Positions 37,110-47,264 of a DNA stretch of 64,000 bases are shown in pieces; position 1 is the first letter of the stretch, and every line of letters starts with the position of its first letter. The position numbers were made by a program, and so were the translations under genes. A model generated the notes under the pieces. The model saw nothing but the letters and a program-made list of their open reading frames with translations. It was not told where the DNA came from and searched no databases. Origin of the DNA: Lepidodermella squamata (lineage: Eukaryota; Animalia; Gastrotricha); the NCBI GenBank assembly GCA_047495785.1, contig JBLDXI010000002.1:2046001-2110000 (forward strand), read 5' to 3'.

Positions 37110-38681
37110 ATGAGCAGACGTGATATCAGTGAATCAACATCAGTTTCGTGGAGTGCCACGTACGGCTCTGTGTTAGCCAAAAGCAGCGTCGCAGAGGCGA
37201 ATAGAGCATGGTCTGAGATCGACGGTACAACAAAAGCCGAAGCAGGCAGTTTCAAGAAATGGCTGCTAACTCCAAAAGTTCTTCGAGCAATCAATTTGGG
37301 GGTTATGTCCCTCGCAGTCCTCGGCTACGGCCTATGCAGCGCGTTATTCGGTCCGTTCTTCCCGACGGAAGCAGAAAAGCGTGGAGTCTCCGCAACAGTT
37401 GTTGGATTGATCTTCGCGGCCTATACTATAACAATGTTTATCGGGACACCAATTACCGGTGCTTTGGTCAACCACCTTGGCCTGATTTTCATGCAAATTT
37501 CAGGGATGTTCCTCGCCGGTGGCTCGACAATTCTCTTCGGATTCTTAGACACAGCCCCGCCTGGGGATAGCTACGTCATCCTCTGCTTTCTAGTCAGAAT
37601 TATCGAAGGCATTGGGGCTAGTTTGTATATGACAGCTTCCTACAGTTCAGCTGGGGCGTTATTCCCAGATAATATCGCATTCGTCTATGCCCTGCTTGAA
37701 ATGGCTCTTAACATCGGCAGAATTATAGGCCCTAGCATTGGAGGGCTTCTATTCAATTTAGGTGGATTTCCTCTCCCTTTCTTCGTAGTCGGCGCCTTGA
37801 TTTTGGTCCTAGGCATTTTTTCGATGATTGCTCAAAAGGTGACGACAAGTTATCTCAACGACCTGGTGGATAGCGGTTCGAAAAAGAACTCGGAAAAGAA
37901 GCAAGCATCCGTGTCTTGGTTTCAATTCTACAAAGTTTCGTACCATGCTTGGATTTTAAGCTTAAGCCAAGTGTTAACCAGCTTCCTATTCACGTTTCCT
38001 GAACCGACTTTGGCGCTATATTTGAACAAATTAGGCCTAACTGATGCAGCTTTGGTTGGGTTAGTTTGGCTGGGCGGCTCGCTTGGTTACTCCCTGCTTT
38101 GCCTAATCATTGGGAAAATTGCAGATGTATATCCAAAAACTAGCTATTGGGTAAGTAAAATCCCACCGAAATGTCTCGTTTAAATCTTAATTTCAAAGGT
38201 TATGTCTCTTGGGGCAGCCATTGTGGCTGTAGGAATGTTCCTAATTGGTCCAACGCCATCTTTGCAATCCACCTTAAAGCCTTCAATCGGCCTAACAATA
38301 ACAGCTTACATTTTCATCTATATCGGAATCGCATTTCTGATGTCCCCTGTTGCGAAGCTGTTACTTACAGCGGTTCGACAGTCTGGTTACCCTGAAGGCA
38401 TTGAAACAAGCAGCTACGTCGCTACAATTTACAACGGCACGTGGTTTGCTGGCGGCAGTTTTGGCCCGGCTGTAGCTGGCGCTCTGGTAGATTCATACGG
38501 CTTCGAAACCGCGGCGACAATAATGGGTGGCTTCGGAATCCTGCTGTTCCTTATTCTCATTATTGGAGGAGTACTGAACTGGCGAGGATTTTGCCAGAAA
38601 GTAGTCCCAAGTGTTGGCACAAAGTCCGACTACCAGAGATTTAAAAATTCATCAGTTTCAATGTCACGATCAAGATGGTAG
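37110..38681 (+). CDS. MFS transporter, SLC18B1-like, copy 6 (one intron ~38151-38198)
   Basis: Same family motifs; N-terminal STSVSWS.TYG shared with copy 5. Confidence 0.88.
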
Positions 38682-38714
38682 TTAAATAAAACTTGAATTT
38701 CCTGTTATATTTTT

Positions 38715-39946
38715 TTAACCTCCTGTGATCGAGACAAAATCGCTCCAATATTTCAATACATCGAACGAAAAATTCGATAATAAATTTTTAACCAAAGGGT
38801 AGAAAAGCTTCAAGTTCTTTTCGGAGAATCCCGGCATAGGGAGATGAGCTTCGACCTTCCCATCCAGCCAGTCTAATCCAGTTCGAGAAGGTTGAAATGA
38901 TGACCAGTCGTAGGCCTCTATCCTGCGAAACAGCCAAGGATCCATTTCCGAGTATCGACTCAAAACGGATGTTTGATAAACCGTTGCTTCAACACAATTT
39001 TTCGGTTGAAGATTTGCAAGATCGGACCTCCATTTATCGAGACGATAGCTGATCATTTCTTGATCGTAGAACCAGGATTCATCCCCTCTTTTAAAATTGC
39101 TCGGAACTTTTCCGTACTCCAGCTCCAACGCGGCCATTGTCATTTCAAGTAAAGTTGAAGCATTAGGATTTGATCTAAAATTAGAATTGTTTATTTTTAA
39201 GCTGGAGTATTGGAAAATTACTTGTAATTCATTATTTCATTCCAAACCGGGATTCGAATTCCAACACCGGCCATTGATATCATATTGATAGCTTCTCCGC
39301 TTTTGATAAATGTCCCACAACAGTGAGAATTAGCCACCTTAACAGCCTGGTAGTCCTCTTCGAAAACGTAAATGTCCCTCAACGGAAGAATATCTGCATC
39401 AGCTGTAACCAGGTATGAGTCGTTTTGTTCGGAAAATTGTGGCAAGTTGCCGACGAAAAGACGGCTAACAAGGGCTGTTATCAATTTTACATCTTCATTC
39501 GCTTTTACAAAGATCACCGTTGAATTCGATGTTTCGATCAGAGTTTTGTAAACGAAATTGTAATAATTTCCTTCAACATGCCAAGGCCGTTCATCGCCGA
39601 CGAGCAGAATAATCGGGGTGTAGCTCAACCTTCGCCAGGCCATAGCAACAATTGGTAAATAGAAAATGTAACTGCATTCGGCATTGTCATTTTCGCAACT
39701 GGAGCTATTGGATGGAGACGTTGCGGAGAATACAACGAATTTATTGCTGAATTTAGGTTTCGTAAATTTGCAGAAAGGCAGTTGATGCGTGGAATTTTCT
39801 GGAATTTCGAACAATTTCGAGGATTTATCCGCATTTGAAAGGCTAAAAATCCGATTAATCGCAATAAAAATTAGAAATATTGAGACTAAATTAGCGATGA
39901 AGAAAATAGTTTTCAAATCAACAAAATAATACGCAGCTCGGCCCAT
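38715..39946 (-). CDS. Type II membrane DxD-motif protein, GT-A glycosyltransferase-like, paralogue 4 (exons 39946-39222, 39174-38715)
   Basis: TM, ECSYIFYLPIVAMAWRRL, TADADILP, NSHCC, WFYDQ, EAHLPMPG; retains only the second family intron. Confidence 0.83.
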
Positions 39947-40270
39947 TACAGCGGCTGCATTCGCGACGTGTGAAATACGGTGTTCAAGCCCCAATATTTC
40001 TCTGTTTGTTTGAGAAGCGTCTGTCAATAAATTTTTATACAGAGGTCATACATGTTTTTACGGTTTATTTCGTTTTAAAATTTCACCGCTGACTAGATAA
40101 ATAATAATATACGTGAATCAAAATGCATTAATCTTGGCTTGAATGATGGCTAATAATAAATTATGCCGAAATGATTCATTTGCAGATAAAAATTAGAAAA
40201 AAATAAGTGACGGAATACCTAACAATAGCGATTATTTTATGAAAGCCTGATGCATAGTTACTTGTAAAAA

Positions 40271-41805
40271 TCAAGTCAGGGCAAGTGGAGCTGTCGACGA
40301 TGACGAGTCTTTGCGCCGCTTCTGCGCAAGATTCCGATCGATCCACCTGCCGCTGTCGAATGAGCCCTTTTTGCCGGACATTTCATCCAGCGTAATGTGG
40401 CGAAGAATATTTTCCGTGTTGTGGAAAACATGGCGGATATTTTCCGTGTCAACAGCAGTCGTAAAATGCGGGTAAACAGTTCGACTACCGGTGGACTCAC
40501 GATGCCCGGACTCAGCACTGACTGCCGACTGGAAAAAATAATCGAATTATTCTGATTTTTTATTTAATTTTTAAATTTACCAAAAATTTGCTTAGGATGA
40601 ACTCTTTGACTTTATCGAGCTCGCTGATTTTTTCCGACGATGCTTTGAACTGTTCGAATTCAGGAAAATTCTTGGCCAGACTCTTCGTACCTTGAGCTTC
40701 AATTTTCTGCCGTAGTTGATCCTCTTTATTAAGGAAGAGAATGTGGGACAAATATCTTAGCCATCGATTGCTCCAAAGTGATCCCATGAGCTCTGTCGAT
40801 TCAACGAGTTGATTCTGTGTCTCATCCTCGCGAAGAACCATGTCGTAGCACGAACTTGAAGCGACGTACATAATGACGGTTGCATCGTTGAAGCACTGAA
40901 TCCATTTTCGCCGCTCATTTCTTTGCCCGCCAACATCGAAAAAGCTGGAAAATTTTCGAAATTTTTCAAGAAATTTAATTCAAGTTAGTCATTACTGGAA
41001 TTTGATATGCTTCAGCATGAATGTGGTTTCGAAAATTCCAGTGGTGATTTTCCGGCACCTGATGATGTCCTGATCGGTCGGGACGTAATCAGGGCTGTAA
41101 ATCTTGTCAACCATGTTTAGGAAACTAAATAAAATAACAATCCAGTTGCTAGTGACTCATTGCAATAAAATTCTCACTATTCGGCTGAATCGTAGAGTAA
41201 ATATTCACTGGAGCGTTTGAAGCAGGCCTGAACGCCAGGATCCGACCAAAGTTTACTCACATGTTCCACAAAATCCTAATAAAAATATTTGATTATTTTC
41301 ATCGTAAATTCTGATGATTAACTTACTTCATTTGAATCATCAAAAACTGATCGCCGGGCTTGAGACTGAATAAAATCGAGTGAGTCTTGATTTTCAGCAT
41401 TAGCAAGCTCAATCGAAAGGGTCATCATTGCGCCGGTAATTGTCTGGCAATTCGCGAACATTAGAATCTTGGAAATTTCCAACGCAAAAAAATCTACCTT
41501 AATAGCAGCCTTAACATTGTCACGGATGTGTTCGACATATGTTTTCCTCTCCCTATATAGCCAATTTTAAAATAATTTCGCTTAATTTAAGGTAGATTTT
41601 ACTCTTTGGAAAATCCGTCCCCGTGCAAAATTTTCATTTGCTTGATAAAAGTTGATTTGCCAGATTCACCGGGGCCGAGAACCAGCAGGCGATAGGTGTT
41701 GACGTAAGCTTCCTTCTCCTTTCTCAACATTTTATCGATTTTCTTGGAGTTCAACGTGGCCTCGTCATCGCCACCGGTTCCACCGCCACCACAGCCACAG
41801 CTCAT
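40271..41805 (-). CDS. Heterotrimeric G protein alpha subunit, divergent Gs-like, multi-exon, with C-terminal extension
   Basis: MSCGC N-terminus, [94 protein letters not shown]. Confidence 0.9.
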
Positions 41806-42821
41806 TACACGCGCCTTCAAATTAATAATAAAATTATTTCCTATAAGGTGGAGGGAATTCTGCCGTGAAAGTGAAAATTTTCTAGTCCGAGAGTTATCAG
41901 CGTTTCGACTGAGCTGTAAGTTGCCAGCGAGAAACTAGAGAGATAAGGAGTTTGAGTGGGCATAAAGACCAGTGCGTTATTTTTTAGCCGGGTAATAAAA
42001 TACGCATTATTCACTTTGAATACCTGCAATTTGTGGTGTGCTATGAGAAAATTGATAGCCGCTCACATTATTTATTATATTACTCGTTGTGCAAACATAA
42101 GAGCTGTAATATAAACTCCGATTTGGCACCGCATAATCACCCGGGACGTTAAATGCATATTTTTTCGCAATATTATTTCGGCGAAAACGATTATTTACTC
42201 AACTCGTTAAAAAACGAGGAAATTGTCCATTTTCAGTTCTAAAAAAATACACATTTTTATAGTAATATTTTTTTATTGCATCACTCGAATTCAAAAGTGT
42301 CTTTCATTTTTTTTTCATCGCCAGCGTAGAACAATATCAATTTTTTTGTTAACAATTAAAACGAGGACGATAGAATTTTTTTCGTATAATCAACAAATAT
42401 TGTTAAGCTATATATACATCTGCGACTGAATTTCGGCCGTCATTTATGACGTAGAAAAGCCAAAAGAGGGTGATTCAAGCCCCTCTTTTGCGACGGGGTA
42501 AAACATTAATGACTGGACATTGTCGTCAGATGTATAACCGCGGACGAGAGCTAGTTTCTGAAGTTTCGAACTAAATTCTAAATAGATTTCGGTCCAAGGC
42601 AGTTTTCAACGAGTAAATCAAAATGACATGAAATTCGAAGACATATTATTATTGTTTTTATAACATTTATACAGAAAAGCGCGCTGTTTCAGTGGAGATT
42701 TTTTTTTAAATATTAGGCGTAAAAATTGCTGAGCGCGCCCAGAAAAATGGCTGGTGTTTTTTCATGTCAGATTCGGCCAATTTTAGGCGCAGTTTTTCCT
42801 GTTGCCGGACAGTTATTTCAT

Positions 42822-43475
42822 CTAGAATTTCGGTGCGGACTTGGAAACTTTCTTGAGGACTGGCTTGACGCTAGAAAAAACAACAAATTCAAATTCAAAA
42901 TTAGGAAAAATGGGACAAAAAATTACAATCGTCCTCGGACGTCGTTGACTTTGGCTTGAAGTTCGTTTATCTATTAGTGATGAGAAAATTATGTGAACAA
43001 TTTGAACTAGTTGGATTGAATTACCTCGTGCTCTTGTTTTCCGAGCTTGATCTCCCACTCCTCGCGTTCGTCTTCTGACTTGACGAGAAGGGCGAATAGG
43101 TCTTTTGCAATCTTTCTAAGCTGATCTAATATAAAGAGGTATGTATGCGTCATCAATTATTTAATCGAAAAAACAAACCATCGGATAGGGTGTCAGCGGG
43201 TGGGAGATCTTTCACGCGTTGCTTGACGTATTTTTCACGCTCTTCGAATTTTCGCTTAGCTTCATTCTCGAGCTCTTCCTTGACACGCTGCATGATCAGT
43301 TTCTAAAATAATCAAGGAATTGATGAAAAAATATGAGAGATGAAATTATTTTAATCAAACCTTGAGGCGCGCACGTTTTTCGGGCGACAGACCTCCCAAA
43401 CCCTTCTTCTTCTCGCTGAAATTAAAAAAAAAAATCAGATAAATCGTGAATAAATAGGTAAATATATTACCTCAT
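42822..43475 (-). CDS. TnI: Troponin I, short form, 125 aa, 6 exons (43475-43471, 43415-43361, 43302-43179, 43125-43025, 42970-42927, 42870-42822)
   Basis: Spliced product MSEKKKGLGGLSPEKRARLKKLIMQRVKEELENEAKRKFEEREKYVKQRV...EWEIKLGKQEHEINELQAKVNDVRGRFVKPVLKKVSKSAPKF. GLGGLSPEK and NDxxGxFVKPxLKKV are protostome TnI hallmarks. Largely missed by the ORF track. Confidence 0.9.
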
Positions 43476-44187
43476 CTTGATATTTTATGACTACTACGAC
43501 GACTCCAAAATCGCAGGTTACAAATTAAAACACTGAAAATATAAATTGAGAGAGTGCAAGTTTTAGGGTAATTTTTCAACGATTTTAGCTAGAAGTAGAA
43601 AAAACATAAGTAAATTGACTAAAAAGCGCCGATCAGTAGGCATGTTTTTCTATTTTATCGTAAGGTAAAATGTGATTTCGACGCCATCGATACAGAAGCT
43701 CGAGGAAAATAAGCAAAAAATAAGCGCATTACTAGAATGATTTTTCTAGCTGAGCGCAGCAAATGGCTCGCGAGCAGCGAACGAGATTCCGAATGTATGG
43801 TTAGCGGCTATATAATATTATACCCGCGATTATTCCACGTACATACAAGTAAGTAAGTATACGCATGTGTTTGATGGACAGCGCCATAAGCTGCATAAGC
43901 AGATGCGCGGCCTATATATCACGTTGGGCGCGTTGCGCGCTTTCGCTCGATCGCGCGATATATGGCGCGCGCGCTAAACAAAATCGTTCAGCAGCAGCGT
44001 ATAGTCAGTCGAAGCGGACGCTCTTATAAGCCGGGTGTGTGCGTGTGCGCGCCCGGGCTTTGCTACAAGCCGCTGCGATAATAGCAATAATAACAACCAC
44101 GTGCATCGGCGCACCGATTCCTACTTGTAACACGCGAAACACCTCGGCTGCCACGCCTAGCGCCTCCACTGTTTATGGTATACTAAA

Positions 44188-44197
44188 CTATATATAG
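44188..44197. promoter_or_regulatory. Candidate MEF2 site in the CpG-rich region upstream of troponin I
   Basis: CTATATATAG matches CTA(A/T)4TAG, ~710 bp upstream of a muscle gene. Confidence 0.35.
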
Positions 44198-44441
44198 GTA
44201 GGAAGAGCGCCACCTTTTATACTCTTGCGGTATATGTATATTGCCGTACACCTACACTGTTGCTGCCAAAATACACCATGTCGAACAACACATCGATCTG
44301 TATCTCTTAATGCCTCATATAAGTTACGTTGTTTACCATACATATCCTTAATCAGGCCGAAATTCAACCCGTTGCCAGGTATAAAGCGTGCTTAGCAACC
44401 ACATTACAGATTTATTTTCGCTACACGTTCTGAATGAGACT

Positions 44442-46718
44442 TCACTTCACATTTGATATCAAGCGACGAATAACAACAACAAATTTTTCTGAGAATAGTA
44501 CGAACATACTCGTCAGAGCCGAAATATTCAAACAAGTGACTGATCCAACAATTTGCTGGGTTACATGATAATTAGTCGATGCTAATGTAATGAAAATCGC
44601 CCCGATTAGTAAGGGTAGATTGACGAGCGACGCCATGCGGTAACGTCTAATCTCAGGGTCTTCGACCTTGGCAATTGATATGGATAGTAGAACAGCCGCG
44701 CCCGCAGGAATTAGGTCGATCGCCACTAGCGTCATCATGTATTTCATGCCATCATCATTAGCACCGCATACCTCGACATAAACATGGCGCAAAATGTCAC
44801 GTTCTGTAACGTACTCGCTAAAAACAAGCTTGATACGCGATTCCATAGGATTATTGACGAGCCATGCAGTTAATGATGACACGCTCAGGATTAAGACAAG
44901 GATAGGTGCAATATTAGCGAATAGAAATTGCAAACGCTTAGATCCTTTAGACATCACCCTGGTTGGCTCAATAGGCGACCTTGGAAATACTGCGACTGCG
45001 GTGTGCACATTGTAGGGTGTGATAGTGGCGCGCTGCCTCCCAGTAGCGTAAAAGGCCAGCTTTCGATAGAGCACTAAATGAACGACGGTTCCTCCAATGA
45101 CAAGGAAAATGTATTTCAAATTACAAGCTGCTACCGAATGGACATTCATAGCAAAAATGATTGAAGCTGCGTTGAGTATCACACAAGCAAAGGTGAAAAT
45201 AACCTTATCGATTCCAAATTTCGACATCAAGGACAAGAGTTGGGAGAAGGTTGCTATTCCGCTGATGACGCAGGCAAATATGAGATAAGCCTCCGGGACG
45301 TGGATTACATCTATTTCTTCCCCTGGCCAATCAGCTGGAGGTTTATTTGTCGCCGTATACCAGACGTAGGGTTCAACTATGCGAACAACATAGTTTGTGA
45401 CATCGCTGACGTTTGTTTTGTTTGGCGGTAGAACGATTTCATAGTTTATCCGCGTCCTATTTTCTTCCGGCAACCACTGAAAGATGTATTGAGGCTCGGA
45501 GTCCATTTCCAGCCTTGGCGAATAATCGATTACGCCCTGTCTGAATCCGACGAACTTGATAGAGGCAGCACTCCTATTTGCCGCGTTCATGACTATCTGA
45601 GGATATTTATCGTAATCCTTGAGGGACATATTCATCGTGTTGAGTATCTTCTCAGTTCCATCTAGAGTTAGAATGGCCTGAAGGTACTGATCGTGGCAGA
45701 GGTAACGCCTTCCGTAGCCAGACATGCTCCTTGCATCAGGAACCGCCCTGTCAATTATTTCGTCAAACTGCTTGGCGTCGTATCCAAGGATGGTTTTCCC
45801 GCTGTTTTCGACTCCAAGACTTGTCCAAACTCCCCCGATGAAAACAGTATATTTGTGCTGTTCCAAGACCATGGCTTTGGTACATCCCGGGGCGATAACG
45901 TCCGGTTTGACACTTGGATCCGTGAAAGTGAGTGCACCCATGATGAAAACGTATCGAGGGCCCGTTAATCCGTGACTGAAGCATTTGCACAGAAACAGCA
46001 AAGAACCCGTTAAATCGGAAATCTCAAACACTATCACCCGTGCACCTGACCTCTTCAACCCGAGGATCAGGTCATCAGTCAAATCGAAACCCGCGTCGTA
46101 ATGCACAACCTTCAAGCCATTTTTTACGGCGAGGTCATAAAAGTAGGATGCCACATAGAAGTTGAGAATCGTTGTGCCAGCATTCGCCAGTATCGCAATC
46201 TTCTGCCAATTTCCAAGTCTCTGGATGAAGTTGAGCCTGGGCAGGGCAAGTGCCTCACCGGACAATCGCATGCGATAGAAATTCGGATACATCGCCCGAT
46301 TGGCCGTGAAAAACGGCGATAGGCAGACAGGTGAAACGCTGACCAAATGTGAATGGTGGAGAATTTGGGCTAATGACTTGCATCCCGCAGTATAACCTCC
46401 CCCGAAGACAACGGGCGATTTGATTGAATTGTTAGCTTGCTTTCTGTAGAATTCTATCACTCGCTGAGTTAGAAAAACACTCCCTGGTCCTTCCTCCTGA
46501 GTATAAGCAACCAACTCGTAGCCTGGCAAGATGTCGTTCCTTTTGTTGGCAATTTCGATCATCAGCTTTTGGACGTGCGGGCAAATGTCACCAGGAGCAT
46601 CGAGAACTTGAATTGTGGTGGAACCAAAAAACATTTCCAACTTAGTCTTTTGTCCATGTACTGGATAATTCGCGAAAAAAGCAAGACTTACGGCGAATTG
46701 AAGAATGGGCGGTTTCAT
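44442..46718 (-). CDS. Class C GPCR, GABA-B-like (Venus flytrap + 7TM), intronless, copy A
   Basis: Signal peptide; N.R.DILPGYEL, NR.MYPNFYR, LK.SGARVI, C..F..G.TGPRYVFI (ANF/VFT motifs); PPAD linker; seven hydrophobic helices; no cysteine-rich domain; very short C-tail. Confidence 0.87.
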   Translation of the reverse strand: MKPPILQFAVSLAFFANYPVHGQKTKLEMFFGSTTIQVLDAPGDICPHVQKLMIEIANKRNDILPGYELVAYTQEEGPGSVFLTQRVIEFYRKQANNSIKSPVVFGGGYTAGCKSLAQILHHSHLVSVSPVCLSPFFTANRAMYPNFYRMRLSGEALALPRLNFIQRLGNWQKIAILANAGTTILNFYVASYFYDLAVKNGLKVVHYDAGFDLTDDLILGLKRSGARVIVFEISDLTGSLLFLCKCFSHGLTGPRYVFIMGALTFTDPSVKPDVIAPGCTKAMVLEQHKYTVFIGGVWTSLGVENSGKTILGYDAKQFDEIIDRAVPDARSMSGYGRRYLCHDQYLQAILTLDGTEKILNTMNMSLKDYDKYPQIVMNAANRSAASIKFVGFRQGVIDYSPRLEMDSEPQYIFQWLPEENRTRINYEIVLPPNKTNVSDVTNYVVRIVEPYVWYTATNKPPADWPGEEIDVIHVPEAYLIFACVISGIATFSQLLSLMSKFGIDKVIFTFACVILNAASIIFAMNVHSVAACNLKYIFLVIGGTVVHLVLYRKLAFYATGRQRATITPYNVHTAVAVFPRSPIEPTRVMSKGSKRLQFLFANIAPILVLILSVSSLTAWLVNNPMESRIKLVFSEYVTERDILRHVYVEVCGANDDGMKYMMTLVAIDLIPAGAAVLLSISIAKVEDPEIRRYRMASLVNLPLLIGAIFITLASTNYHVTQQIVGSVTCLNISALTSMFVLFSEKFVVVIRRLISNVK

Positions 46719-47264
46719 TATGTGAGTAAACGTTGTCGAGAATCAGAATGTTGTTTTTGATTTTATTGAGCACGCTGTAAAACCTCGGTATGCTAATCCA
46801 AGGGGGCGTCGAGTAACTGGAGACTGCATAAGTTAATTGCCTATAGCCGTATGCGTAGAATTTCTCAGCAGGTTCACTTGTTCGATGAAATTCTATCATC
46901 TGTTAGACATCAGGCAACAGCTCATCCTAGCATCTCTATGATATTATGCAGGCTTCGCCAGCTTTCAATGCTGGCTCTCGAACGACTTAATTGAACGGGG
47001 TGGGGAGGGGGGGGGGCGAAGAATTTTAAGAAAAGCTTACGCCATCACGCACGAAGTGAATCTTGTGATTGCGCCCATATATCAATCCCTATTATGATGT
47101 GTTGGCCTGTATCGGATGAAAAACGTTGAAGCCTTGACGACAAAATGACATTTATTTTAATAATTAATTTCTACCTCTCACTAATACCAATTACTTAAGG
47201 CTGTCATTACTGTTTTATATAAAAATTAATTAACAAAGTATGAACTCCGATCTCTATGATAAGC

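Noticed and set aside
26484-38681. Metabolic gene cluster linking lysine catabolism (AASS) with amine transporters
   Set aside because: Only adjacency supports it, and unrelated housekeeping genes (APC10, Rad6) are equally interleaved.
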